Shown: positions 25,557 through 39,336 of the stretch, piece after piece
Numbering within the stretch: position 1 is the first letter of the stretch
Layout of the letters: each line of letters starts with the position of its first letter
Assembly (NCBI GenBank): GCA_030141605.1
Contig: JAQGDQ010000227.1
Location: 186,001-250,000 of the forward strand
DNA length: 64,000 nt
DNA from: Tubiluchus corallicola
Taxonomy: Eukaryota > Animalia > Priapulida
Direction of reading: 5' to 3'
The notes under the pieces: model-generated
Told to the model about the DNA's origin: nothing
The model's input: only the letters and a program-made list of their open reading frames with translations
Database searches by the model: none
Made by a program: the position numbers and the translations under genes

Positions 25557-27042
25557 GTTCTTACTGCTATGTGTAGTTTTTTAATTAGTCAGTTACTGTG
25601 CTATTTGTGTAACGTATGGCGTAGTTATTGGCGATGTGCTAAGTTTGACGGTGTATTTAAATTTAGGGCACGGCGTTCAGTAAGTAAAGTAAATACATTT
25701 CACCCGGTTATGCTTAGATAGACGCTGATAAAGGCGCCATTACACTGATAAGCGATGACTCATCGTTATCTATGACTATCTAGTCCATAGATACGTTATT
25801 ATTAAGCTGTATTTGTGTTCAAAATATCTTTAACTCTTTAGCGTGCCCTGCGTGATCACGTGGTTACTAACTTTGACACTGCATGTCTTTTTCTCTCAAC
25901 CGAATCTTTGTTAACATCATGGGCAGTGAAGAAGGAGATGTCTGGGAGGATTTACAGCCAATAACCTTGCCATGACCTTTCCTTCTCCCCTCCGAGTGAC
26001 AGCAGGAAAGGTTTCATCTCGTGAAGCCAGACGCGCCAGACTATAGCGTGGAATGCGCCGCAGTAAACCGCAACTATTTTCGTGTGCCTGGAACCCATTC
26101 TCTCTCTCTCTGACGAGTCAAACGTATAACCATTAACTGCCATAACCTTGGGGGAAACGTTTTCCTCCTACTGCACATGGTGTTGTAACTGTTGCTGTGT
26201 AAGGAGAAACTCTACACGTGGCTTTGCACAACGGCAATTGTGACGGCAACAGCACTTGCCTAGTGAAGCTAAGTTGTGGCTAGACAGGATCCTAGGTCAT
26301 TATCACACATAATCCTCTAAGCAGAGACTATTGCACGCCAAATATTGACAGCTGAGAGATATGTGAGTTCTATTAAGTATAACAATTCATGTCCTTGTCT
26401 TAGAAGCAGTTTTCTCAACCACTTACTGATCAGATCCAGCATTGTTTAACTTACTGCACGTTCAGTTTATCCTCTAGGCTAGTCCCTGAAAGCTAGTGCA
26501 TCTGTGACCATTTGTTTGTGGTATTATTGAATAAACCATTGTCATATTCTGACGTTTTTTTGTTTAAATAAGCTTTTTTGTGCATGATGTAACGGACTGA
26601 TCCTTTGCTTAAGAGCATTCGATTTGTGTCGACATGTAGACTAATCTCTTGTAGACTAATCTCTAGCTGATTAGCTCTTAAATGTAGTTACGTACGAGAA
26701 TCAGACAAGTCATTATTGAACAGAATGGACTAACTGAGCATTCTCTAGAGCCGACGCGCTAGATCATGTGACCACACTGTGCCTTTTCATTCTACAAAAT
26801 ATCCTTCCCAAAATAGTGTGGAAATCCTGTCAGCTCTAACCGCATTGTGATCGGTTGGCTGGCTTGTTCGTTATTATCAATATTTTGAATTGGACATTAT
26901 GGCGGAGTTCTTCTTAAAACGATTTTTCCAGCAGAGCGGCACTTTTTGTTAGAAAGTGTTTTGCCAATTTGCTTTTAAAACTTGTTAGCCGCCCTAATTT
27001 ACCCAGTATGTTAATCGAATGCTAACTCTTTGCTTCTCTCAG

Positions 27043-27182
27043 CCTCTCAGACTAAACACGAGGCGCATCCAAGCACACCGGGCATGGGTGAGAAGCCATA
27101 CGCTAAGTGAGGCGGATCCATTCACACGTTTATCGAGGGGGTTCCGAGTATTGCGTATGGTGGTGATCGGTTTTGCAGCCGT
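27043..27182 (+). CDS. Candidate internal exon of an unidentified host gene
   Basis: Branch CTAAC + TCTTTGCTTCTCTCAG acceptor; GC-richer block; donor GTAAGT at 27183 (140 nt, open as PLRLNTRRIQAHRAWVRSHTLSEADPFTRLSRGFRVLRMVVIGFAA) or alternative G|GTGAGA at 27088 (45 nt, SQTKHEAHPSTPGM). No recognisable homology. Confidence 0.4.
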
Positions 27183-27294
27183 GTAAGTTAGTCCAGTTTC
27201 AATTTGAGTTTGCTTTAGTTAATGCATCCAGGGGTTGTGTTCACAGCATTTTCTTCCAGTGCTTTCCTTGAATTTGTGGCCATTCTCTTCAAAT

Positions 27295-27840
<546 letters not shown>

Positions 27841-28477
27841 TTACTTAAGTTTGCTTCCTCTCACGTTTGTCTTATTTAATACCCTTGCCATTCTCTAGTT
27901 CTTTTAATCTTCTCTGTTTACTGTGTGCCTAGCACACTAGCAGACGTTCAGACGAGGCAGTTATCAAGGCTTTGTAGGTTCGAGCAAAGTTCACGTGAAC
28001 TCATATCACGTTTTGCTGCTGCACTGCGGCTTGCTTGCCCGTCTCTCTGCCTTCTCTCTAATCTCACGTAACCCCGTGCTCAACCTGTCTGTGCCGCCGC
28101 CGACTGATGACACTCATTTGTGTCGAGAACATTTTCAGCTCAGACGAGAAAGAATTATCTACCTTACTCGGTGCTCGCTGATCCATGTAATTGGCACAAT
28201 CTAGAATCATTTCGCGTCTCCGTCTCGCGACTGTAGACTATGCAAATACCCCGTGCTCGCGTCCGCCCCTGACTCGTGTCTTGAAGAAGTCCTGTGGAAT
28301 TGATAATGACCGTTGTCGTGTTTTGCTTCTTAGAGGTCGCGTCACAGGTTGTTAATCATTTTTGGGCTCGCCCGTTGTGGCATGGATTAATTAATTAGCA
28401 ATGTTACTGTCTCTCGATTGGCTGATAAAATGTATTCCAGATTTTGTTGTCTTTTGAAAGGGTACTAATAAATTTAT

Positions 28478-29431
28478 GTACTGAGTACAATTGTACCGAT
28501 GTTTATACGTACTGAGTACAATTGTACAGATGTTTATTCGTACTGAGTACAATTTTACAGATGTTTATACGTACTGAGTACAATTGTACCGATGTTTATA
28601 CGCACTGAGTACAATTGTACCGATGTTTATACGTACTGAGTACAATTGTACAGATGTTTATACGTACTGAGTACAATTGTACCGATGTTTATACGTACTG
28701 AGTACAATTGTACAGATGTTTATATGTACTGAGTACAATTGTACCGATGTTTATGCGTACTGAGTACAATTGTACCGATGTTTATACGTACTGAGTACAA
28801 TTGTACCGATGTTTATACGTACTGAGTACAATTGTACTGATGTTTATACGTACTGAGTACAATTGTACAGATGTTTATACGTACTGAGTACAATTGTACA
28901 GATGTTTATACGTACTGAGTACAATTGTACCGATGTTTATACGTACTGAGTACAATTGTACCGATGTTTATACGTACTGAGTACAATTGTACAGATGTTT
29001 ATACGTACTGAGTACAATTGTACCGATGTTTATACGTACTGAGTACAATTGTACAGATGTTTATACGTACTGAGTACAATTGTACCGAATGTTTATACGT
29101 ACTGAGTACAATTGTACCGATGTTTATACGTACTGAGTACAATTGTATAGATATTTATACGTACTGAGTACAATTGTACAGATGTTTATACGTAGTGAGT
29201 ACAATTGTATAGATATTTATACGTACTGAGTACAATTGTACCGATGTTTATACGTACTGAGTACAATTGTACCGATGTTTATACGTACTGAGTACAATTG
29301 TACAGATGTTTATACGTACTGAGTACAATTGTACCGATGTTTATACCTACTGAGTACAATTGTACCGATGTTTATGCGTATTGAGTACAATTGTACTGAT
29401 GTTTATACGTACTGAGCACAATTGTACCGAT
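28478..29431. repeat. Minisatellite, 31 bp unit, ~31 copies
   Basis: Unit GTACTGAGTACAATTGTACMGATGTTTATAC containing the 12-bp palindrome GTACAATTGTAC. Confidence 0.98.
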
Positions 29432-29812
29432 TTGATCTGCAAATCAATAAGCAAAAAAAACGTTTAGATTCGCGTCAGAATTTTTTTATCGTGTTCGTAT
29501 ACTGTTAGCGAAGTACAATATAGGGGTCTTCTGAAAACCTGAAACGAAATCAGATATAGTATAAACAGCAGTTGAAGTTAAAAAAACGCCAAGCTTTTGC
29601 TTTGCTGGCTTTCAATGGTGCAGAACATATTTGATTTTTGCGCTGCTGAATTTAACGGAGTATTGAACTTATACAAAAAACAGGTACCCGCTTTTCTACG
29701 TAGCTATGGTGCCAACTGAAATCAATAAAGTCCAATAAAAGTACTGAGCTTGGATGAAATGCCTAGCCTGGTGACCCTGCACTAACCCTACTGCACTGGC
29801 GCTCTTTGTCTG

Positions 29813-29850
29813 TATAAAATTTGTTGTGCTTAGCTCAACTGTGCGTTCGC
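29813..29850 (+). promoter_or_regulatory. Candidate TATA-box promoter for an alternative first exon
   Basis: TATAAAA at 29813-29819 followed by a CpG/purine-richer UTR-like stretch and an ATG-containing segment with a consensus donor. Confidence 0.3.
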
Positions 29851-30027
29851 TCTAATGTAGTTCTAAAAAAGCACGACACGAGAAAACTAGAGGAAAGAGA
29901 GACGGATCAATTTTTCCTCCTGACGAGGAATTTGAGACAGGAAATAAGGCGAAAATCGTCTACAGCGTGGCTTCGGAGATTGTGCATTAGCCTCTAATCT
30001 ATAAGTCCACGTGCGAGTTTGGGATGG

Positions 30028-30064
30028 ATGGCTTCAAAACGTCGAGGTCTTATCGATTGTGAAG
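30028..30064 (+). CDS. Candidate initial coding exon MASKRRGLIDCE (phase 1)
   Basis: ATGG at 30028, 12 open codons, then perfect donor AAG|GTAAGT at 30065. Confidence 0.4.
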
Positions 30065-30399
30065 GTAAGTCTGTCACGCGGCGAGGCTTTTGAAGCTTAT
30101 TAAATTGCAATATCTTCAGTTGATTGAGCTGTATACCTGTCTGATATCCATGCAGATGACAGCAACGTGACGATTGGCGCATACACGTAGCTGTTTCGAA
30201 CAAAGGAGTTCAAGAAACTGTATTTACAGTAAGTGGTGGATGAGTTTCAAAGCTCCAAGCAACACTCATTCCGGCCAGTAGTTGAAAGGGTGGCTGAATG
30301 TCAGTAAAGACTCAAAAATGGAGTTTTGCTTTTAAATCCTACTGTAGAAGTGCTCACATACAGGTGTTAATTTGCTGAAAATCACATAGGGACACCTAA

Positions 30400-30645
30400 T
30401 GTCTAGGCTAAAAAGACGAAGACAAAGACAAAGACAAAATTTAATTACCTTTGTTTATTTAACAGACATCATTAGCACCAGCAGCTATTTGGCAACGTAC
30501 ACTTACGACATACAGGTAAGGACTCAACACACACATAACAAATAACGTGTAAGGTATATCCCCTTTCGTTTGCAGCTGCTAGTATCGAACTCAAGACTGC
30601 ATGGTTGCAGTCCGAAATCTAAACCACTCGGCCACCCAACCCAGG
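30400..30645 (-). mobile_element. tRNA-derived SINE (Cys-like head), copy 2
   Basis: Reverse complement of 19105-19330: GTATCGAACTC (B box), GCAGTCCGAAATCTAAACCACTCGGCCACCCAAC (A box region), (AAGACA)n tail. Confidence 0.8.
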
Positions 30646-31448
30646 CTGAGGGTCTCTAGAACTAATTACATTATTTTAGAATTAATAGAATCGTTCACAG
30701 AAATAAATAGAATTACATTCAGTTACTCTCGTTGGCGTATCTGCAAACCTGCTTACCTCCATTATTTCCATTATCTGTCTCTAGAGTTTTCGGTTTTATC
30801 ATTGGCATTGGGCATTGGCAAACTAACCACTTTCTCATATATGCTCCTGTTCCGTACAAGCCGACCTGCATTCTGCGCAGTGGGTTCTTTGTCTGTGTAT
30901 GTCTATGGTTCTAACACTTTCAAAATTCGAACTATTTGGTATTTGTTTGAATCAAAACCGTTGATTTGAACGTGAACTCTACTCAATAGACGCTTTAAAA
31001 CTAAGTCTTTTCTATGCAGCTGTCTTTCTATCGATTATACACTAAACTTGCAGTAACCGTTATCCATGCTTACTGGACTGGGGTCAAATTAAAGAATAAA
31101 ACCATTTCAAGTGGCATTTGATTTTTCAAAGGCCTGATTAATTCTAGGTTAATTACTTACATTACACCGGGTTTTTTATTTTGATTTAATCCAGCACCTG
31201 GGCCATTTTTCCAAAGTGGACACATGGTCTGAATTTACTGGTTTTGCTGATGTGCTGCTAAAACTGTCTAGTTCTGCAAACCATGAATTTAGAACCGAAT
31301 CTACAATTTTCACTCAATAATGTTTTGATACCACTTAAGTGTTTGCCCCAAGCAAGTTGTCCGGCATTTGTACTCAGTGGGGCATGAGTAGTTCCTAAAC
31401 TGCATCCGATGACTAAAACGTCCGTTTAGAGAAAATTGTGGAGTTAAC

Positions 31449-32180
31449 TGAGTGGTGCAATTGATCCTAGTACTTTACATCCCTTTGAAGCAACGTGTTT
31501 TACTTAGTGGTGCAGTTGATCCAAGTATATTAAATCCCCCTGAAGCAACGTGTTTTACTTAGTGGTGCAATTGATCCAAGTATTTTACATCCCCCTGATG
31601 CAACGTGTTTTACTTAGTGGTGCAATTGATCCAAGTATTTTACATCCCCCTGATGCAACGTGTTTTACTTAGTGGTGCAATTGATCCAAGTATCTTACAA
31701 CCCCCCCCCCCCCGGGGGCAACGTGTTTTACTTAGTGGTGCAGTTGATCCAAGTATCTTACACCCCCCCCCCCCCCCGAAGCAACGTGTTTTACTTAGTG
31801 GTGCAGTTGATCCAAATATCTTACATCCCCCCTGAAGCAACGTGTTTTACTTAGTGGTGCAATTGATCCTTGTATCTTACATCCCCCTGAAGCAACGTGT
31901 TTTACTTAGTGGTGCAGTTGATCCAAGTACCTTACATCCCCCTGAAGCAACGTGTTTTACTTAGTGGTGCAGTTGATCCAAGTATCTTACATCCCCCTGA
32001 AGCAACGTGTTTTACTTAGTGGTGCAGTTGATCCAAGTATCTTACATCCCCCCGAAGCAACGTGTTTTACTTAGTGGTGCAGTTGATCCAAGTATCTTAC
32101 ATCCCCCTGAAGCAACGTGTTTTATTTAGTGATGCAATTGGTCCAAGTATCTTACATCCCCCCGAAGCAGCGTGTTTTAT
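31449..32180. repeat. Minisatellite, ~55 bp unit, ~13 copies
   Basis: Unit TTACTTAGTGGTGCAGTTGATCCAAGTATCTTACATCCCCCTGAAGCAACGTGTT; C-run expanded to 13-14 nt in two adjacent units. Confidence 0.97.
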
Positions 32181-32909
32181 CGAAAGTTGAAGACTGACAA
32201 AGAAGCTGCTCTCTCCTCTTGCTCATCCATGCAGATGCTCTCTAGAGCCCGCATTGTTTCAATTCGCAAACAAGATTGTCTGTGGAAATACTGAGCCGAA
32301 CCGGCAGCACTACGAAAAGCTTTTCTCTGTCTTTCTCTCTTGTCGGCTGTCTGCGGGGATTATCATTAAAAACAAGATTGCACTTTCTCGCCGACTGACT
32401 AGCCCATAGGTAAAAGCCACTCTCCTGTTAGATTGTATCCACATGCTGGCATGGCGTGATCTAATGATCACTGATGCAAGACTGTAGCTTGATTGGGCGT
32501 CAGACATTGAGGTTAATGCTCGCTTTTAGACAACAGACAGGCAGACAGACAGACAGTCACGTGAGCATCTTGACAAGACCGCGTCAGTGATTGTGGACAT
32601 TCCAGGGCTTCTTTTTGCTGCACCGTTTCTGCGTTGGATGTACCATCCGGGATTTAGTTTATTTACTATGGTAAAAACAGACCAAGTAACTGTTTATTGT
32701 TATGCATGACCAGAGGCTTAAGCATACATTTGATTAAACCAGACTGTGTCTACGTTTGTACTATTGCCTTGGTAGGAAAAGGTAAAACTACTAAGGCATT
32801 GATTACTTGCACACATGATCTACTTTCACTCAAACTTAAAATGTTAAATTCTTTAGTTTCAGTGGGATTGATGCTACACACACTATTCACACACTACTTT
32901 TTAGCATTT

Positions 32910-33211
32910 TTTTCTATTTGGATTGCTTAATTATATAGTAATAGTAAATGTCACAATTTTAAAAATTGATAATGTTTCCTAAATTAAACTGTCAACAGTA
33001 ACTTTTTATGTCCACCATTGTCTAATGACCATTTTCTATACCTGATAAAGGATTAGGTGACTTCTACTGCTTTTTTGCTGTCCTGTCTATAGCTTTGTAA
33101 CTATTTATTGTAACAATTTTTCATCACTTACCTTTTGATCCTGTTAATAATGATGTTTTAGAATAGTGCACAAAAAGAGATCAATAAATAAATTGAAATT
33201 CAATTGAATTG
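32910..33211 (+). mobile_element. 3' end of a non-LTR retroelement, copy 1
   Basis: Similar to 60130-60399; both end AAAGAGAT..AATAAATAAA(TTGAA)n, i.e. polyA signal plus simple-repeat tail. Confidence 0.65.
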
Positions 33212-33269
33212 GACTATGTGGATGTGGATTACCTGGTGTGATAGTTGTGCTGCGAATGTTCTACTACAC

Positions 33270-33270
33270 T

Positions 33271-33302
<32 letters not shown>

Positions 33303-33632
33303 CGAACAATGAACAACAACCACAGCCACAACCACAACAACAACAACAACAGCAGCAGCAACCACAACAACAGCAACAGCAACAACAACAACCACAACAG
33401 CAACAACAGTAGCAGCAACAGCAGCAGCAGCAACAGCTGCAATACTAACAGCAACAATAACAATAACAATAACAACAACAACAACAACAACAACCACAGC
33501 CACAGCCACAACCACAACAACAACAACAACCACAACATCAACCACAACAACAACAACAACAGCAATAACAGCAGCAGCAGCAACAGCTGCAACACTAACA
33601 GCACTAACAGCAACAATAAGAACAACAACAAT
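33270..33632. repeat. Compound (CAA/CAG/CAC)n trinucleotide repeat
   Basis: About 120 triplets with an internal block duplication. Confidence 0.97.
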
Positions 33633-34006
33633 CTTTATTATCGCCAGCTTTTTGGATGAACAATTACCATGAGCTCCAAAGGGCTTTTGGGCCAACGGTA
33701 AATAACAATCTACAACTACATAACAGAGACTATTATTACCCCAGTTTTGCCCTGAAATTAGCATGTTTTCTTATACAACCTGGAATCCAGCACTCAGTTG
33801 CCCATCCTACCAAATCGAATGGTAGACTTGCTAGTAGTGTAAATGCTGTAAATTTCTGTCAAATGTATAACGAATTTTTGCAAAAAACTAGATTGCTAAT
33901 TTTGTTATATTTTCGCATGAACGTTAGGTAAGCTGCAGAAGTTTGAATTAGTTTAAGCAGCTCAAGTTTGTCGAAAGCCACGATGCGCTTACGAAAAGTC
34001 ACGAAC

Positions 34007-34432
34007 TCTACCAGTTACGTCATAATTTTCATAAGTCAAAGGAAATCTACCAGTTACGTCATAATTCACAAAGTCTACCAGTTACGTCATAATTTTTTAT
34101 AAGTCAAAGGAAGTCTACCAGTTATGTCATTACGTCATAAGTCAAAGGAAGTCTACCAGTTACATCATAATTCACAAAGTTTATCAGTTACGTCATAATT
34201 TTCATAAGTCAAAGGAAGTCTACCAGTTACGTCATAAGTCAAAGGAAGTCAACCAGTTATGTCATTACGTCATATGTCAAAGGAAGTCTACCAGTTACAT
34301 CATAATTCACAAAGTCTACCAGTTACATCATAATTCACAAAGTCTACCAGTTACATCATGATTTTTTATAAGTCAAAGGGAGTCTACCAGTTACGTCATT
34401 ACGTCACATAAGTCAAAGGAAGTCTACTAGTT
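34007..34432. repeat. Variable-unit minisatellite (28-41 bp), 13 cores
   Basis: Core TCTACCAGTTACGTCAT followed by one of a few linkers (AATTCACAAAG, AATTTTCATAAGTCAAAGGAAG, TACGTCATAAGTCAAAGGAAG). Confidence 0.92.
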
Positions 34433-34523
34433 CACTTTCACTAGTGAATTACACTTTCACGTTCGCACCATTAGGTCTTTGCTGTTACATTCATTTCGCC
34501 ATTCAATGGTTAGACGGGCACGG

Positions 34524-34899
34524 GCAAAAACAGGTGCTGTACCTCTCAGTTCAGATGTGTTAGTTTGTGATGAACTGCACACGCTCGACACCTCATGCGT
34601 GAGCACAGCGGTAAATTTGAAATTTTAATTTTTATCTTAAATCTTGCCTAGTTTTTGTATAACACACTGAATATCTTACAACTGAACACGTGCAACACGC
34701 TTGGGTAATATTTTTACTGTTGGAAATTATGTTCGTTTGTGATGTCACCAGTAGTTGTGGTCGCCCATTGTTAATTAAGATTTTAATCTATTAATTACTT
34801 ATCAGAAACGCTTTTGCATTATTAACTGTGTTAAAATGAATATTTTTTATCGGACTTGAACATGGGTTAGTATACGAAAAATCATCCTGTCTTCCTTAA
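34524..34899 (+). mobile_element. MITE family C, 3' half
   Basis: AAACAGGTGCTGTACCTCTCAGTTCA...AGCACAGCGGTAAATTTGAAAT matches 37550-37670; ends ATCATCCTGTCTTCC-TTAA. Confidence 0.8.
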
Positions 34900-36595
34900 A
34901 GTAGAATGTTTCTTGTTTCTTGGATCTGGTTGTACTTGATGGTCGTTGACTAGATTTCCTGTAACGTGTTCCTCTTCGCCTCACATTGCCAGTTTTGCAT
35001 AAGGTGAAAATCATGCACTTTGTACTTCAAAGATTAGAATATTTGCGATTTGTCCGCTAAAAGTTCAGAGCTCCAAAAAGACTAGATTGTTTAGATCTGC
35101 TCGGTGACTGAAATGAAAAGCATAAATTATGTCGTAACAGACTCATTCACGGAAGCAGCCAGCTCAGGATTTTCATCTGCATTTGAAAGGTTTTCTGCTG
35201 AGATTGCAGTGTTTAATACGGGGCAAAAGATCTGTATCAAAAGATTAATATTCTTCGGGTTTTTTCTGCATCGAACAAAGAATGACATTGTAGCATTTTA
35301 ATGTTATGAAAGGTCGCGAGGCCCTTGTCACAGTCGAATCTTGTTAATTTGTGTTTTTTCAGCTCGTATTATGTTAATTCTCACTCATACAACTTTCAGG
35401 ATAAGGGTAGGGCAACTTGGGAGGAAATTTGGTTGTGCTGAGCTCCGGGAAGTAAAAACTTATGAGCAAATCCACAAGCTTTTTGTGATCGTAAGGACAG
35501 AATTACAAGTTTACATTAGACCATTATTTTGAACCAACATGATGTTGATAATGCCAGTGTTGCTCTGAAGCCTGTAGAAATAGCAGTGATTTGCAGGCGT
35601 CTAGCAGCTAACAATCGCGCTTTTCGAGTTTTGCTGTTAATCGAAACAGGTATGTGCAAGTGAGTATGAATTTTGTACAAAATTTCATGTGATCAGTAAA
35701 ATAAATGTGAACAGTATAAGAGTATTAATGATATAGGAAGCATGTAAGCGATCTAGAAGAAAATGTGAATGATTCAGTTGCGAAGTTTATATACCGAAAC
35801 GCTCTGTATTGATGCTCGTGGCGTGTTCCCACCTCCGGGAAGTCTATCTTTATTCGCCTCTTGTGAGAGACTTAATAGGCATCTTCTAAGACTTTTCTTA
35901 CGCTCCGTAATTTTTCAAACAACATGCATTAAATTTTTTATATATTATAATTGCTAATCTTTGTGATGCCCCATATTGCTTCTTACTTCCAAAGACGAAT
36001 TTTGCCTTTTTGGCAAAATGGGAATGAGGACATAGTAATCCCTTGTACGGTACATTTGCGGCGGCGGCGGAGGCGGCAGTGGCATTTCTGCCGGTAGCTG
36101 TAACGACGTCGTCAACAAATCTTAGTAATTGCACGATAAATGCAGAGGTGACAGTTCTTCTAGCAAGTTATGTTTTCTGCAGGAATTTCAATCTGGGCTG
36201 TCCAACTGTAGAGATTCAGTAGTCTATAGTTTCAAATTTCTCTCAGGTAGAGCTTCATCTTTTGCTCCACATCTCTTTGTTCATTAGTTTTAATGTAACC
36301 CACTATACGTACTGTTTTGGGCTCGCTTCTGATATGAGTTTATCTGATAGTTCTCCATTATCTCTACCATGTGATAAGAAGCGTTCATGATGTCGTTTTG
36401 ATTATACAGGTTGTTCGTTTGCCCTTGGTTGACCGCCAATCTTTTTCGACTGGCAAGCGCTGAGCGCGATCCTGGCGGGGGCTTTGACCCTGCGCGTTGC
36501 CCAGAACCTGTTCCATTACATAATCAACGAAGTAATGATTATGTTTTGTGAAACAGCAGAATTAACGCACAGCGCATACGTATTAAAAATTACCG

Positions 36596-37231
36596 AATAG
36601 ACAAGAAAAGGGGTACCTGAAGTAAGTTTAAATTATATTACTTTACAGCAATTTTATGCGTGTATCATACTCGCGTTGAAAGAAATTTTTGTTTGTTTTA
36701 AATCTCGCGCAATACTGTTCCGAAGTCGCTATTGCATGACGTCACTGCGCAAACGTAAATCAGGGTAGAAAAGGCAATGTTAAATTATGACCCAAAACCT
36801 TTCTTTGGAAAGTTATATTACTTAGTAATTCGCTTACCTGCTTGAAAGACTTGTGTAACTAGAAACAATAATTTAAATGTTCGCGCCAATTGGTAAAATG
36901 TCACTGACTCATCTTCCAGGGCGCGCTACTTATTAACCAAAAACGTATTTTTAATCTTATTAACAGGATACGGTAATTTAAATTTTGCTTAGTTAGTAAG
37001 ATGTATGTTACAAATGCTCTGATTACTCAGTGTTATCTAACCTTGTTTCAAATGATCTATCGTCAAAATCGTTATGTCTAATAGTTTTCGCGGGAGTTTA
37101 AATTTACAAGTTTTATACACCGTTACTGCCGACGCAAGTCTAATATGCAAAAAGGCAGTACGTAAGGGGTATAAAATTTCAAGACGAATTTTTTAAGCTT
37201 TATGTAAGTGGAGGGTTTTCTTGTGCTTTAA
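36596..37231 (-). mobile_element. MITE family A, near full-length inverted copy
   Basis: ACAAGAAAAGGGG at left, GGAGGGTTTTCTTGTGCT-TTAA at right; reverse complement of 8156-8848 with small deletions. Confidence 0.9.
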
Positions 37232-37329
37232 CACTGCTGAAGTTTATCTTAATTACTGTTAATGTATGCTCACATGTACTTCACGTACGAATACACACAG
37301 CCATATTTATCTGCTACATCTTTTGTTTG

Positions 37330-38027
37330 TTAAAGGAAAACCGGACCCAATTTTTGGCTGCAGCTCAAAACACTATCCTATAAAATATTGAAAGAAAACG
37401 CACTATTTTTATAAGAATATCTTACGTGAAAGTATTATTACCACAAAATGGTAATTTTGCGTATGCGTGACTAATTCTTCGCTGTTACACGTATTTCGTC
37501 GTTTGTTATTTAGAGGGGCACTAGCGTCTGCAGTTCGGGAACGTGTTGCACAAGAAACAGGTGCTGTACCTCTCAGTTCAAGTGTGTTAGTTTGTGACGA
37601 ACTACACACGTTCGGCACCTCATGCATGAGCACAGCGGTAAATTTGAAATTTGAATTTTTATCTTAAAACTTGTAATATTTCCCAGTTCACAAGTGTTCA
37701 GTTATGACGTAGTGCACACGAGATTTCATGCTTGAACACGGCCGCACATTTGAGATTTCAATTTTAAACTTAAGATTTGCCGAGTTTTTGTATATCGCGC
37801 TGACTGTACTTCAGTTTTCGCTTTCGCAAATCCGTTTCACGCCCTTGGAATATTTGGGCTGTTGAACTTGTGATGTCGTCACAAGGGCTCACCTGCTGTT
37901 AATTAACTCTTTAACCTATTATTCAGTTATCACAAATGGTTTGGCATTGTTATAGGTTTTAAAATGTACACTTTTACTGTACTTCAAAATGGGGCGGGAC
38001 ATGAAAACTCACCCCGTTTTCCTTTAA
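37330..38027 (+). mobile_element. MITE family C (TTAA-flanked, Kolobok/T2-like), full length
   Basis: TTAA-AGGAAAACCGG ... CCGTTTTCCT-TTAA; internal ~100-bp imperfect duplication; related copies at 21925 and 34524. Confidence 0.88.
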
Positions 38028-39336
38028 ACATAATTATACTCTTTAACGTTCGTAAGCTTTTACTACCAAGCGATTCTTTTTCAAGTTTCAAGTTTTAATG
38101 AAATCACTGCTTCCGTTAACACTTCCGTTTCAAGTCTGTTAGGTTACAGGGTTAACAAGTACTCGCGTGCTCCTAATAACTTTGCTATATCCCGTCCCTG
38201 TACTGAACTCATAAAACAGTTTGAAGACTGTTCGCCGATTAAAAAATCTCAGCCAGACAGAGCCTCTATTGGCGTTTCCCCCCCTGAAGAAATAAGCACA
38301 TTTCAAGTATTAAAGCAGGTCGTTTGTTTGACTGCTTGTCTGAACTGTCAGAGGTGTACATCTCTGCTGGAAGCTACATCATGTAGTCTACACACCAGTT
38401 GAATCATCGCCGTCTAGACGTTTCATACTTGCCCACCAATAAACCAGCCATCTGTGGTATTGAGTGTGCTTTTTAAAATGTGCGTTTAAATTCAACAGCA
38501 GCCTGGGAAAGTTGTGTCGAACACGTATCGCCCATAACTAAACTCGAAACGTGCTTATTTCGCTAAAACGCGCCATTGAAAAGTGCGTTTATGAACCGTA
38601 TGTGTAAACTCAACGTTGTCAAAGTAGCTTATATTTGTAAAATATGTATGTCGTGCAGTTTCGTTCGAGTGTGTTTATTTACCCGTACTTGAGCTCTGCA
38701 CGGGGATGGCAAAAACGTAGGTAGTTTATCTCTTGTTTTGGTGCGCAAAATGTGCAATCTTGGAAGTTTTATCAGATACGGGTTGTAATTTGGGAAACAA
38801 TTAGTTCGTCTGGCGGTTATTACATCCCAAACCAGGCAACCATGCAAAATATGTAGACAGAACTTCATTAACAAACTGATTTGGACTTAGGGGATTTGCT
38901 GTAACATTTTTGTTTAATTGCTTCCATGCAAAAATGAATTTATCATGTTTTGCATACTCAGTGGGTATAACGAGTTCAGGGATTGTGTGTGTGCGTGCGT
39001 GTGTGCGTGTGTAACTTTCTATGAAGCCTAGTGTGCAGACTTATAACTATGTATATTAGTTTATTAGTTTAGTGCATTAGGCCCTGCACGCACTGTATAT
39101 GGCCTCGCATATTATTATCTCTTTAGGATTAGGTCATGCATACGGCAGGTCAAAGGGTTACTGTTGTAGATGCATTTAACTATTTACTTTTGATTACTTG
39201 AGAACCGAAGGGGAGTAAAATTGTATCGTTCGTTGTAATCGGGGCCAAAAGGGACATAAGCATCAACCCAAAGCAGCCTGTCTGCTATTGTAGGTGTTAA
39301 GGCAATTTCTAGTAGACCACTTGGCTCTGTACTTCC

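Noticed and set aside
25940-26560. Second possible solo LTR
   Set aside because: Only GC-richer composition and an AATAAA; no clear TG..CA ends, TSD or second copy.
27070-27110. C2H2 zinc-finger linker (HTG / GEKPYA)
   Set aside because: HTG and GEKPY are in different frames, a stop follows, and no CxxC is present.
28095-28140. Hammerhead-ribozyme-like CTGATGA-CAC..GTG-TCGAGAAC
   Set aside because: GAAA core is broken and stems I/III do not pair; at best a dead remnant.
28478-29431. CRISPR-like array (31-bp repeats with internal palindrome)
   Set aside because: Units are directly adjacent with no unique spacers, no cas genes, eukaryotic context.
32150-32195. Hammerhead-like CTGAAG...CGAAAG at the end of the 55-bp array
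   Set aside because: Core reads CTGAAGC/CCGAAGC rather than CTGANGA, stem II is weak and array units lack GAAA.
33264-33764. Poly-N/Q or poly-V/L ORFs as a low-complexity protein
   Set aside because: Pure triplet repeat open in several frames on both strands, no flanking coding signal.
34007-34432. CRISPR-like repeat/spacer pattern
   Set aside because: Linkers are short, reused and mutually related, not unique spacers.
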